Below, in pieces: positions 25,024 to 38,687 of a stretch of 64,000 nt of DNA. The stretch's first letter is position 1. Every line of letters begins with the position of its first letter. The position numbers were made by a program, and so were the translations under genes. Under the pieces are notes generated by a model. That model did not search any database and was not told the DNA's origin. It saw only the letters and a list, made by a program, of their open reading frames with translations. The stretch is taken from assembly GCA_010015585.1 (NCBI GenBank), contig ML975170.1. One strand, written 5' to 3'. Origin of the DNA: Eremomyces bilateralis CBS 781.70. Taxonomy: Eukaryota.

Positions 25024-26483
25024 ATGGCCTCTCGTGTAAGGCAATCCATGGCACCGTCCGCAAGCCAACGTCCAGCACAATCCAGCGCCGCAGATCCGTC
25101 CTATGTTCGCCCTTCGTACCCCCTCAATCGCGAAGCCCAATTTGCAATTGACGAACTCCTCCGGTCTAGCTCTCTTACCTCTCTCGAAAAGCATCTCTCT
25201 CAGGCCAGCGACCTTCTTACCCAATCCGCCGGGGAGATCAACGACCGGCTCCATGAATCGCAAACGCGGCTCACCAAGCAGCGTGAGCGGCTCGAGTCGC
25301 GTGAAGCCGATGGTGCAAGGCTGGTACAAGAGCGGGAAGAACAACTAGGAGAGATGCGAGAGCGAGTGGAGACGATGACGGAAAAGATGGAGGAGCAGGT
25401 GCGGAAGATTATCGATGCTCAGAATGGGCTTGAGGAGATCCGGAACAGTGTGGCAGCGGTACAGGGGGAGTGTAGCCAGTTGTCTCACCTTCCGGGGCGG
25501 ACACAGGCCAGGCCGTCACAGCGATCGAGGACCCAGAGGGTGGCGGATGACGAGGATGAGGATAGAGATACGGAGATGGTAGATGCGGACGAGAATGAGG
25601 AGCAGGAGGAGCTGCCAGAGTGGGACTTTCCCATTGCGTCTGATATCTTCCAATCACGGCTAGAGGCCGCAAAACACGAGTATCAGTCTCTAAGCCTGGC
25701 GACACGTTACGCAAATCACAACACCTACATCGACTTCCGACGTCTCGTGCACGATTCACAGCATCCCAACGAAGACGGCCCACCACTGCCTCGCCCAGAA
25801 ACGTGGTTCCCAGAAGGAGATGCACCTGGGCCCGGAGTCACCCTCTTCAATCAAGGAGCCTCTAGACCTGGAGCCGAGGAAGAATCGGACGAAGACTTGG
25901 CTGTCTCCCGAGCCACAATCAGTACTAAATGTCCGTTGACATTGCAGGAATTCAAGGATCCAGTTACGAGTCAAAAGTGTCCGCATAGCTTCGAGCGAGA
26001 TGCGATTATCGGCATAATTAAGCGGAGTACGCTACGGGTAGGTGGGAACGAGTCCCAACGAAGTCGGAGGGGTCCTGGGCATGGGATGGGTGATAGATAC
26101 GTGAGGTGTCCTGTGGGTGGATGCAAAGAGGTGCGTTGTATTGTCAAGCTGCCCGTCTTCCTACTAAACCCGATCAGCATATCACCGAGTCCGACCTCCA
26201 CACCGACTCGGTCTTAATACGCAAGATTCGGCGCATTCAACGGGCAGCGGCCGCCGACGAAGACGAGGACGGAGGGGACGAGAAGATGGATGATGACGCG
26301 TTTGATGAATTGGAAGATGATGACGAGGTGGCCGCCGTACGGCAGAGGAAGATTCGAAGAGGCACAACTGTGCCGCCAAAGACCGAACCGCGGAATAGCG
26401 GCGTCACAGGGAGGCCTAGTGTTTCTGAGAGGAGTAGTGGGGTGACGCAGACTGTTGATTTGGGAAGCGATACGGAGGAGTAA
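25024..26483 (+). CDS. NSE2: Smc5/6 SUMO E3 ligase Nse2/Mms21 (SP-RING)
   Basis: Coiled-coil N-terminus, then STKCPLTLQEFKDPVTSQKCPHSFERDAI...RCPVGGC. Intron 26131-26177; acidic tail. Confidence 0.9.
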
Positions 26484-27206
26484 ATTGGACGAAGTCCGAG
26501 CGATCCAGTCGCAAGGGATGGTTGATGATTATCAGTCAAACAGCATGGCCCTGTCGTCAGTTCGGATGAATGGCCGGCCACGCAGCGAATATCAAGTTCT
26601 ATAAGGGGATATGTCCAATGTCGCCTGGAACGTCATTCATCCTATTTACTCTTGATCTGATCTTTCATCTTCCAGACTACCATCAACGTCACCAATTGAA
26701 TACTACAGTGATTTGAGTGCGGCCACTTGCACCCACCAGGAGAAAGCACACAGCTAGCTGTACCCTAACGACCAAGCCACCAGAGATGTTATATTCCACC
26801 CCGTCGCCGTTATTAGGGCCTGGAGCACGCGTCCGCTCAACAACAATTCAGAGCACCCAGCCCCGTATGGAAGAAGGCATAGAAAGTAAGACCAGTAAAG
26901 GGACATCCTGGCGCAAATGAAAGTAATGCAAGAAATAGATTTCGTAGACTTGCAAACGGTCCTGGCGACCCATCCATGCAAATAAATGCCCGAATCGTAT
27001 GTTATGGGCCCAAAATAAAGAAAACACAATTCATTCCTTCGTATTAAGCTGACGAAAGTCTTCGAGAACACCAAAAAATGAAGAAAAAGGTAGAAATAGA
27101 ATCCATCGGCCGGTTATAGAAGGGTCATTGGCAAGCTAGCAGCCGCAAGCAAAGCATACTCACACACGCCAGTCGATACCGCGCTCATCCTCCTCCCTAC
27201 ATCTCT

Positions 27207-30200
27207 TCAATCCAACCCTTCACCCCAAAACCGACCCTGGCCACGCTCCTGCACCGACTCATGTTTCAACTGCAAATATGGCGCCTCTCTTTGGCCATGC
27301 GCATTGTATCCTTGTCCGTTGGCACCTCCGACTGCACCGCCTTGCCCACCATAGCTACCTGGTCCTGCAGTCCCTAGATAGCGTTCACTCCCACCAACGG
27401 TGTATCCGTTCTGCTTCATACCATTCCCGTAGCCCTGATTTGCACCGCCTGATTGTTCACTGCGATCATAGGCATACGGATTCTGTTGGTGGTATTGGTG
27501 GTATTGCTGGTGTTGGTGTTGTTGGTGGTGTGCGTTCGGGGGTTGATAATGCTGGTATGCGTTGGTGTTCGACTTGTGCGACCCATTGCGGTCGAATTGG
27601 GTGTGGTTTGAGGCATACGGTTGTGTGTGCTTGCTGCTACCTCGAGAATCGTGGCGGGATGGGGTGGCGTAACGATCCTCGTCGGGAGGTGGCTCGTTGC
27701 TAAGGTCATATTCGGCATAGGTGGGTGACTTGGGGCCGTTGAGAGGGGGTGACGGTAAAGCTGCAGTGGCTTGTTGCTGGAGGAAGGAAATGGTTAGACC
27801 ACCGTTCTTGTTTGCATGACGAACAGTAAGGATTTTGTTAAAATACCTCTCGAAAGCCTGCAAACATCCTCTCTTCCTCCGCCCGTCGCTCCTGTTCCCT
27901 TTGTTCCAGCTCCATCTGCTCCCGCTCCTTCAGTTCCTGTTCCCTCTGCTCCCGCTCCATCTGCTCCCGTTCTCTCTGTTCTCGCTCCCGCTCCCGCTCC
28001 CTTTCTTCTTCTTCCCTCTTCTTCATCAATGCCTCTCGCTCCTCCTTCTCTTTCTGCTTCTTTGCCGCTTCTTGTTGCTGTCGCTGCGCCTGTTTCTGGG
28101 CCGCACTCTGCGGGATCTGAATCTGCGGGTGCATCTGCTGCACTTTCGCGAGGTAGCTATACATGAAGTTTGAGAGAAGGACTTGGGAGTAAAGCTCCCG
28201 GCGGGGATTGGCAAGTTTGATATGAGCCATGCGGTAAATGGCGCGTTCCTCGAGGATGGAAAAACGAGTCCAGTTGTAGTCAATATCAGGTCGGAGGATT
28301 CGGGGGGTTGGATCTGGAGACAAGCCACGGGACGCTGATTGCTTGGATTTGGAGCTAGAGTCAGCGCCGGAAGACTTATTCTTCTTGGACCCTCCAAAAA
28401 GGGAAGAAAATAAGGAGCTATCCTTTTCCTTCTTGGTAGGCTCGGATGACGCCTTGCGGTTTGTCTCTTTGCGTGCCTCGTCAAGCTTCACCGAATCACG
28501 ATCGAGAACCAGAGATTCGCGCCCAGGGGGCACCGCACTGCCACGGCTGTCGATGGAGGATTGGAGCACGTCGAGACGGGTTGAGTCGTCCTTGTTTCCA
28601 GGCTTGGAAAGTTTCGACTTCGATTTATCTTTGTCCTTGGACTTGTCATCTCCACCAAACGACCACCATGACTTCTTGCCACTTCCGTCTGACACCTCCC
28701 GCTTGTCCTTGCCTTTCTTCTCCGATTTTTTCTCCTCGACGGTGGGGATAAAGGAAAGCGAATCGGTACGCGTACTGTTGCCGGGAAGCGGGGATGGATG
28801 GGATGACATTTCGTCGAGGGTCTGATTATGAGCTTTCTGCGAGCGTTGCGTTGGTGGACCGGGAGGGGCACGTTGCTGAGATGGCCGGTTGGGTAATGGT
28901 GCTTGCGGAGGCTTCGATGGTGGAGGTTCGTGAGAGGATTTTCTTTCCGGGAGATGGAACTGTTGTTGCGGAACGACTTCTGATTCTGGAGGAGGCGTTT
29001 CAACGATGTCAGGAACATTGTACCCAGGCAATTGCGCGGAGGTTCTTCCATTGGACGCAATACGCGAATGGAACGCTCTCTGTGGAGGAGAGGTACGCCG
29101 TTGTTGCAGGCTCGGGTCGCTTTGGGTTTGTTCCTGCTTCTGATCGTGGGTGATGTGTCCTATGTCCGAAAATGCGCTGTGTTCCGGTGGAGGTGAAGGT
29201 GATGTGGAGGGGAGGGGAGGAGACATGGCACGCCGTGAGGGTCTCGAGAAGTTTTCGATCGGTTTGGATGAGGATATGGGCTCCGTCTGCGACCTTGAAA
29301 ACTTAAACTCTTTAAAATCCGGAAGCTCGGGGATCAGAGGCATTTCAGGTATTTCATCTCGCCCAACGATAGGAGATGAAACGGGAGACTCTTCCCTCTC
29401 CGGTTCCCCATGTCGACTTGCTATTCGTTTCGAGAATGGAACCCTCTCTCCCTTCTTCAAGCTACCTCGTCGGTATGTCGTCCTTGTCGACCGCTTCAAG
29501 GAGCCTACTGGCTTGGCAGCCAGTACTGGCATATCCTCTGGGGTGCTGCCAGCATCGCTGATGGACTCCATTGACTGCCTGTTGTCTTCGAGGCTTCGTC
29601 TCTTCGGGGTCGTCTCCGGGTCAGATACCAGTTCCTCCAAGGTGGACAGGTTGACCCCGGAGTCGGGATGCCTCTGAGATGCAAGCGATCGCTTCCTCAA
29701 CAACCGCTCTGCCCCATCCTGATACCCCGACCCGCTATCAATCTGCCGTGACAACATGGATTTCTTTCTACGCAACCCGCCGGCTGACCCGGCTCGATCA
29801 AGGCTAGGGGGGAGGAGAGCCTCATTTTCATCGCCGGACCGCCGCTTGAGTGTTTTGACTCGATCATCGATGAAGTCTTTGAACTCTTTCGGGGCGAGCT
29901 CTGGGTGAACACGTGCAGGGACCCAGAACATGTGTGAAGGATCTTGTTCATCATCGCCCTGGGAAGCGGGCATCTTGAACCCGGAATTGAAGGATGGAAG
30001 GTCGGGATCCATCGCGTTCACATCCATCGACATCCGCCGGATCGCTTGCAAATTGCTCAGCTCCTGCGCTACGGCTGCGGGGCTTGATTCGTAGTCGATA
30101 TCATTGAGCGGAAATCCAGTAGTGGCGGTCTCTGAAGCGGACCGATGTACGCCCGGTGGAGACGCCGGTCTTCGATCGGCGGTAAAAGAGGAGCTCCGAG

Positions 30201-30861
30201 GCGGTATATGGTATTCTTCCGATCCATGGTTTGGGTTCGTCGGGGATGTGGGTGTGCGTTCGTTCGAAGTCGTTCTTCCTAATGGTGTCCTTCCCTGCTT
30301 ATCAGATGATGATCCTCCAGATGCTGGGGGGAACCAGGATTCCTGTTTCGAAGATGATGGTTGGCTGTCATCTTGAGGATTTCTTTGCTGCTCAAAACCG
30401 AAGGTATGGAAGTTCTCCGCTCCTTCGACTTGGGTTGAACTGATGAAGCTCAGAGGTCGCGAATGGCGCTTTGGGTCGGAGTCGGATCGATCGCGTCCAT
30501 ACATGTCTCCTATCGCTTCGGTGACGTGGTGAGAGTCGTCGCTTATCGAGATTTGCGGAACATGGCCTTTGCGTGCCTGATATTTGCGTTCGAGTTCGCG
30601 AGCGCGCTCGCGGCGTTGAGACTGGGAACAAAGCATGTTAGCAACGATCCAACCTGACACTGGGAAGAAGATGCTTTGGTGCGATTAGAGAGACGGAAAT
30701 CAAGGTAGGGGATTGAAGAAGGCTGTCCCTGGATCGGTTCTGCAGTGGAGTTGTGCCAAAACTGCTCAACGGGGGCTTTCTCCAATAGACATCGCGGCGC
30801 CCGACCGATGAATCCCATCGGATATGTTTGCGGAGGAAATGAATCGCCAACTTACATCCAT
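27207..30861 (-). CDS. ZDS1: Zds1-like PP2A-Cdc55 regulator (Zds_C domain)
   Basis: FWVPARVHPELAPKEF and YNWTRFSILEERAIYRMAHIKLANPRRELYSQVLLSNFMYSYL. Inferred exons 30861-30856 (ATG GAT), 30621-27847 and 27778-27207. The first exon is less certain. Confidence 0.88.
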
Positions 30862-32644
30862 ATTCTGTTATGATCTAAGGGAACAGCGGTCGTAGCGGAG
30901 CAGAGTGCGAAGCGGCAATGAGCCCAGTCCTCGGCGGACAGACGGCAGCGTGCTCATGGAAGGCGATGCAAGCAAGCGAAGAGCAGCAGCGAAGACGGAG
31001 TGGGTGTTGACTCAACCAGTCTCATGATCCGGCCGGCAACACGCCTACGGTGGAAGGTCGATGGTAGTCGGTCGGGATGGAAAGAAGGAGACTGTAATCG
31101 ATCGCTTCGGTATCTTAAGGATCGCGTGGCTTAATTAGTCGGGTTGGAGAAGGATGGACGGCGCAGTCACGGGTGCGGTAAAGGGTGTCAGGGAATACGG
31201 CGGAGTATGAATCGGATTCGGTGAGCAGGCTTCGATGGATCTCGGTGTTCCTAGGAAGTGGATAGAGGATGAAGGAAGCAGGCGGAGAAGTATAAGCGTG
31301 AAGGTGAATGGATTGATGATGGCCTTTGAAGATTGGAGAGATGGAGTCTGGAGAGGGAGAGTTGAAGCGGAGAGGGACCGGGGGGGTGTAGGCTTTGGAT
31401 TACTGTACATACGATAGATACAGTTCAGGCCTTCAGGGACGGGATATTAATTATGAACCGCGTGTGAGATCTAAGAAGTGAGAACTAAGCATTAATATTA
31501 ATGAATGCCCCTAGCAAGTCCTCCATCGGGCATCGGCACATAATATCGAAATTAATTCCAGTATGTAACAGCAGAGACAATAGCAGTATAAAACAAGGGG
31601 TTTCTAATCGCAAATCGTTAACAATACCGTACTATCACCGTGTGATTGGCCTACAGTGGATTTAGGGCGAGTGGGAAGCCCCAGCCACTGGGTGCTTTGA
31701 GAATTGAGGGTGTGAAGCCCCTGTATTGGGGGGAAAGGCCCTATGATTGGGACTTCGAGCGAGCGTGGGAGAGCCCCTGTCCACTTCACTTCAGGCGCTT
31801 TTCTTCACCTACTTTCCCTGGTTGCGGAGACTAGCCTTCGGGCGCCTAAAGGTTTGACTGCACTTGTGACTCCAATTATGACTGGCCAGATGAAAGCCAG
31901 TGCAGGAGAGAGAAAAGGAGACGGCGGAGAGAGATAGGTTCCATCGATTTTTCAATACTCTAATTAACTTGTGTGCATCACCGCCACTATCCTCGTGCTG
32001 ACGCCGAAAAGGGGATGAAGCGGGAAGAAAACGCTTCACTGGTTCCACGGCATCTCAGTTACAGGCTTACAGTACCTATCAATGCATTCGCCGCCATGCA
32101 ATATTGTCTAAAACACTCTTGCTTCGATATTCATCTCTACTCTTTTCCGATCGTGCTAATGCCCCATGAACTATTTATACATCTCCTTATGCGGCTCTGC
32201 CGCTGCCCGATGGCCCGATCTGACGGCCCCTGATCCATTTTGACAACATCACCAATGTTCAGTAGCAAGTACTATGCAATCCACGGAATACGAATGGGTA
32301 TTTCCCTTCAGATTCAATTCCTCTTTCTTGTGTGTGTTCGTTAAAGTCTCTTGAATTAAATTCCAACCAATGTCAGCTCTAAGTTCAGCCTGAAGTTTGA
32401 AAAATGTACTCACAAGTCGCAGGATAGTCTTCGCAGCGTCCTCTATTGCAACTCCGAAAACTACCAACTCCAGTTAAGACGCGATATATAGTCACTGCAC
32501 TTGCACCAATTTCATCGGAGGAGGATTAACTTGAGCTCTACCCTCATTTGTGAAAGAGGCTTCGCTTCCTATTGTCCTACTGTCCTTCACGCCTATTCTT
32601 GCCGACTTACCTAGCTGCATCACTACAAGCCCAAAGGTCAATCC

Positions 32645-33433
32645 GTGACGGTAGGCCACCAAAATTTTTGGGAAGGCAATGCAAATACCGTTCCTGCTAC
32701 GTGCTGGGAACTATACAACATGATGTTGCGGGCGGCGTTGCCCTCTGAGGTTCAGCAGCTCCTCTCAGGTTCAACAGCTCCTCTCGACCGCGATCGTACT
32801 AACAAAAGACCCGTCGAAGCCTCTAGAGGTCTCCGTTCCCGCGCCTACATCGATCCTGTTAGTGTAGTCTATATATACGATGACGTTTCGAGTGCGCGTC
32901 GTAGTCACGCCGACTCCAGTGCCTACCATCAAAGATTTCAAACTCGGAGGATGGAGCTTCATAGCCGGGGACATAACCGTTACCAGCTAGTATCATGTAG
33001 CGAAGGACTGGGATGGGACAAAGGCGTCCATGAAGAGTATCCTGTCGACGAGTTCTGGGTGAAGCGGTCCTCGAACGATTGAGTCGATGAGTGGAGTGGA
33101 GAGATAAAATGGGCGACTGCGCAGAGGCTGGCCGGAAAAGAGAATATGGCGGAAGGAGAGCTGACGCAAAGGAATGGAAATAGTAAGGTGCCCGGTTGAG
33201 GTCAAGACGGCTGGCTATCGAACAACTTGGACACTTTCGGATGTGGATTAAAGATATGCCCTAGCCGTTTCTTTGCGGGGAACGAAGTGATCACAGTGAT
33301 TTGGAGTTGGATCAAGACCTCTCATCACATTCTGATTAGAATAGATAGAGGAACGAGAGAAAGACAAGATATAATGTCTTTGGCGAGCAGGATTTGCCAT
33401 ATTATGCAACGGTCTAGCGATGGGACCCAGTGA
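32645..33433 (+). pseudogene. Cytochrome P450 relic (CYP7/sterol-hydroxylase-like clade), C-terminal half
   Basis: Colinear degraded motifs: I-helix NANTVPATCW (32678), K-helix LLV*SIYTMTFRVR in a shifted frame (about 32855-32897), PVDEFWVKR (33041), heme motif FGCGLKICPSRFFAGNE (33236-33286). Stops and frameshifts intervene. Confidence 0.7.
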
Positions 33434-35467
33434 ATATATATCCTTATACCTCGAGTTCCGGTACTGAAGACAGGTCTACCTACAAATCCGATTGCCTATG
33501 ATTGTATTCTAAACAAAGGTAAGGGATGTTTCCATTCTCGAGAACCCACAATTGGATCAATAATGCAGGATCCGGCGCAGCATTCCCATTCGGATATTCC
33601 AACCATCGATACTACCTAAGTACCAGAATCCGACCCAATTCAAACGACCCGGAAATACCAAGACCATGGACCTTGTATCACAACCCCTTTTCTTAATAAA
33701 TCCCCTCTCTGACCACGTCATCAACTTCATCTCCCTTGCCCGGCTCCTAGGGCGTTCCTCCGTGATCAGATGCATGTGAGAAATGCATGAAGTCCATGTT
33801 TTGAATGGAACGGAAACTTGGGGTTGATGACTGGATGGGCTGAGCAACTGAAGAGAAGCCATGTGTGGGATTGGCAAAATATGACTGAGTTGGAGCGAAA
33901 GACTTGCTTGTCTTGATATTGACCAAGTGTGACTTGCATCTTTTAAAGCTGCAACATTGGCCTTCAATGATCATGGAATTGAAACACCTGAAGCTGTGGC
34001 TCTCGACGGAAACTTACCTTAATCGTGCTAGTGTCTGGTACTTGCTCCGGCCAGCTTCGAGACTATTACTCGGGCATTGAACTTTCACTTTGTAAGGCTT
34101 GTAGGTAAGTGGAAGGAGAGGAGCCAAAGGAATATCTATTCAGAATGCGGCAGAATGGAGATTGACGTGGTAAATGGTATTCGTATATGTCATGCAGGAC
34201 GGAGGGCAAGAATTTCTTGGGTTTTAATCACACAATGACACCCATCAGCCTCAGCAAGATTCAGCGTATGCGACAGTCAGAATCAGAATCATGTTTGCCA
34301 AAGATACCCATAGCACCTGCGCTAAGAAGTTTCGGCCAAGATGCCAACTACAACATGACTTTGCCAGAGTTAATATCGCCAAACCATTGTCGGGTAACTC
34401 CTACAGGAGTATCGAGGATTCGAGGTCCATATCGTATCGAAACCTCCATGGAATAGGCCGGAAGAAGAATAAACCAGTCGTCAATAATAGCGATGCAGAA
34501 GGGCCATTGGAAAATTGTTGAAAATGCTTGAACGCGTTATGGTTCATAGCGAGCTCCTTCGGGACACTGGCTTCGTCGTTGTATATAGCGTTCTTCCCAA
34601 AGTAGCGAGTGTTGTCTAGCCTTGCTATCGTTGAATCTCTTTAGTTAAGCCGTCACGAGCTCCTCCATGCAGAATAGCGGGAGGAAACCCCCGTGTCAGT
34701 TGATCTTTGACCCGTTCTTATGTTCGCAAACGCTTGGTCAAAAGAGACTTGAAACAAGACAAGTTGCCTAGCTGTTTGATAATGAGTCCACCTTCAGACG
34801 AAACAGATCACTCTGGAAAAGACTGAACGGACCATTGGTGATAGGGGTTTCTGCCCTGATGAGCTGAAACCACTCCATCATCGCAGACACGACCTCTCGA
34901 CTTGGGGAAGAGCTGTGATTAAACAGGAAAGACGCGCTCTAAGAATTCATAATCATAAGGTTGTAGATAAAGAGGAAACGGTAACTTGGAGGGCTAACAG
35001 CACATCCACATGCGAGATGAGGTCTTGGACACAGCAACGGCAACAAAGCAGCTCAGTGGGCTGACTGAAATGGCGATAAAAATGATAGCGGGACAGCCAT
35101 GAGAGTCGAGTATGCTAACCAATGGAGTCTAGTAGTGAGTAATAGCAAGGAGTAATAGCATTGAGACGCCCGGCATGAGGACAGAAAATGGTTGCGGACG
35201 AAGGGTGTGAAACGGAGGAATAAAACCGACATCTAAACGGAGTAGAAGCAGCAGGGATATGGATATGGTGGTAGAGGAGAGCGACACACTGACGTCATAT
35301 TAACGCATCCGGCTTCAACATATTTATACCTGGTGATACTGGTATATAAGTTCTTTCGTGACCTGTGTACCGACAATAGGCACGGTATGTAAATAACCAG
35401 CCAATTCCATAATTTCCCATTCAAGTCTTGCCCTGAACCTTCTTCAACCGGTTATCCAAACTCAACC

Positions 35468-35891
35468 ATGACTACAAACAAATCCAACGCCAATATGGTG
35501 TCTTCTAACGCCAGTGGCCATACCTCTGGTCACAACGCCGGAGAAAACGTCAATGACGCTGTCAAGGTTGCCAGCGACAAGGTTCAAGTATGTCGTTTCG
35601 TTTATTCCCCTCTCGTACTTCATCTCCACTGCATCTCCACTCACGAGCCGTGCGCTTCCAAGTGTTGAATTAGACAATGATGCTGACACAACCCAGGGAG
35701 CCAGCAAGATCATCCGCGGCAACATCAATACCTTCGTCGACAGTGCGGCCAACACCAAGGCAAAAGAGGGGGAGAACGAGCGGTTGTCACAGCAAGGTCA
35801 TGACCAGTGGGAGGGGAAACGGGAGCCGACGGGGGTCTTTGGTGAGAGCAAGGGAATCGATACAGCGTATGCGAATGGCAGAAGAACCTAG
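35468..35891 (+). CDS. Small (104 aa) hydrophilic uncharacterised protein, hydrophilin-like
   Basis: caaccATG; exons 35468-35587 and 35697-35891 joined in frame by a GTATGT..GCTGAC..CAG intron; TATATAA at 35343; rich in G/A/N/K/E. Confidence 0.72.
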
Positions 35892-36685
35892 GAAGGACTT
35901 TAGAGAGCTAGAGGAACTGGAAACGACCCGAATGATACCAGATGGCAGTATGATGAGAAACGGATATCATGTAGTGTCAAATGAGATTTATACGCCGCCT
36001 ATCCGGAGTAGAATTGCGCTTGTGTTAATAAATGCTCGGTTTCGCTTTGAATTACGTTCGCTTTGAGTTACGTTTGCTTTGAATTATTCATTCGCTTTGT
36101 CTTGTATTGCCCGATATATACAAGTACAAATGCCACCGATTCCCAACTCTAGATCAGAGAAGATCTTTGACTCTATCCAAACGGGAAATCAATCCATCCA
36201 CACAAGAAGAACGCTCATCAACGAAGGCCCTGGCGCAAACTTGCGCAGATCAGCTATGGGAATATGGGAAACAGGCCAACGATGAACATGGAAAACGCCA
36301 GATGTCCGGATACTATCCACAATGGTCTTGTAGACAGCATGTTACAGCCTATCTACGAACAAAGATCCCCGTCTAACGCCCTTGCCAGATGCAAGGGTAC
36401 ATAAAAGAACTCCAGATTGTGGAAATCGAATTTCGTGCCGAAAAACGCCGTGGGTCCGTCGCTAGAAACGCCAGTTGATGCGGTCATGGAAAACGCTCGT
36501 GGCATCCATCGGATGCGATAAGTCCCGTATGAATAATAATACTCCGTTGGCCGTGGTCGATAGGTCCCAGGCCGTGATGTATACCGATACAAGGAGACTG
36601 ACATATTGACAGAACTCTGACTCCGGGAGGCAGTGAGAAGGGCTTGGTGAGAAGGGGGTTTCGAGTCCCTGAGAAACAAGAGGTA

Positions 36686-38687
36686 TCATGCGAATTCGGG
36701 CCAAAGATAGTATGGCAAAAGCGTTGGTCCGGTCCATTTCTCGCCGTAGGAGTTCGTTCTCGAGCCGTCGAAGAAGTCGTTGTGAGCATCTTGAAGGATC
36801 GAAATCCAAGAGGACGGTTCAGGATGCTTCATCCACTTTGCTAAACGTTAGCGATGGTTCTCGTAACACGCTTCCGATGACTCCAAAACATACCTGATTA
36901 TGAACATGATACGTCCAAGCCCCCTTGAAAAAGTTCTCCAACGTTCGGTTATTTGGCGGAAATTTGTCTTGTTCAACCCGGTAGTCGGCGATAGCACCGC
37001 TGGCTCTGAGTGCTGATTCTTCGGCCGGAGTTATGCTGAACCAATCGTGCATGGCAATCGGTGCACTGGCACTGCCATTGTTCACATCAGTTGTCCGCTC
37101 AAGTGCTGGCGCCCCATTTCGCTGCTCCACGGTTTCTTCATGCTCTTCATTAACCTCGGTCGAATTGTCGAGATGGCTCCGATTATTCAATTCCGGAAAA
37201 TGTGCGGTCGGGAATTCGATGCGCTCCAACTCAGACCCGTCATAGCTCTCCCACTCATCCTTGATGGCGTCGTCTTTTCCTTTGAAGACGGCGCCGTAAT
37301 CTTTGACACAAGGAATCGTGCACCGTCCCTCGCGGTCCCAATTGAATTCGGTCCAAATCGGGTCGAACGCGGCGGTTTCCATCATCTTCAGTTCCTGATC
37401 CCGGCCATCTTTCCATGCCATCCTCCCAATCACTCTTGGGTGGAAGTTCAACCCCATGCGCACTCCGCCGTACAACAAATAACTGCTCAGGCTGGAATTC
37501 GCGGTGAGGGAGAGGATTGCGGTATTGAAATCGCCAGGATGGCTGTGGGCGGCCCAGCGCTCGGCAAAATCGTGTTGTTTTGGTAGGAGGAGAGGACGCA
37601 TGTCGCGGAGGATGAGAACATCCATGTCGAGATATAGTCCGCCGTGATTATGTAGAATAACGAATCTTACCGCATCGGAGATGGCTTGCGGAAGGAACGT
37701 CATTTGCTTCGCGGTGAGGACCAACCATTGCTGGCCAGCGGCGTCCTCGATGATACCGTCGGCAACCACGATCTCGCCTTTGGCATTTGGTTTCCCCGGA
37801 GATTTGTAGTACTGAACACCGTCCTTGATCTGGTCAAGTTGGGGGAGAGGGATCCGGGTAGGGAAATTCCACGCATGCAGGGAGATGTCGCCGCGCTCGA
37901 CAAAGGGGAGGAACTTTGAGAACAGAGGATCCTGCGTCAACATCTTCTCGACCCCGTTCGGATTCCGATCCGCGTCAATCCATATCCACAACCGCGAGCA
38001 GGGGAGATTCTGGGTGTACAGATAGGATTTGATAAAAACTTCCACACGCCATGTGGCTGGACCTGTCCAGTAGACGTGGTAAGGTATGATAGGACCGGGA
38101 CACTCGCCAAGGGTCTCGTTGGTCGATTTGGTTACCGACGATGGGTCCGGATACGCCTTGAGCGTGTTGTTGTGGCCATCAGCATTGAGGTATTCGGCCT
38201 TTCGAGGATCCTGAGCACTTGCGCGCGTCGATGGTGCTGGGAGTGTGTAATACTGATCCTGCTCCTCGGCCAGGAAGTGCAAGCAGTCGAACACGTTCCT
38301 CATCTTCTCCAGTCCTGTATATGTCCCTCTGCACGCTTCGACGAGGAGATCCAAGTCTGCTTCGGTATCGAAATCGGGTCGTGGTCCCCAGAAGGCATCG
38401 TTCGGCTTGACCGCGGTCTTCGGGCGATTGAAAAGGTTCGCATGAGGATTAAAGGTGATGGGCGTTGGCTGTGAAGATAGCTGAACCTTCACCTTCTCTT
38501 CTTCCAGCTTGAGGACTCCCGTCGGCCGCTGCCCTTCCACCAGAGCCGGAATCGCTAGCTTCGTCGTCACGGTCCTCGGTTGCTCTGCGACGTATATGAT
38601 CCCGAGTAGTGTCGAGTACAACAGTCCAGCGAGGACCAGGTTCCTTAACAGTACACAGAATCCCCGTGTCCGTCCGCCCATCGCCAT
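36686..38687 (-). CDS. Type II membrane DXD glycosyltransferase (GT32 / Och1-Sur1-like fold)
   Basis: N-terminal TM helix, YHVYWTG, SDAVRFVILHNHGGLYLDMDV, WTYHVHNQW. One intron at 36893-36836. Confidence 0.88.

Noticed and set aside
33500..34550. Possible decayed membrane-protein gene on the minus strand
   Set aside because: Only vague hydrophobic segments; too degenerate to call.
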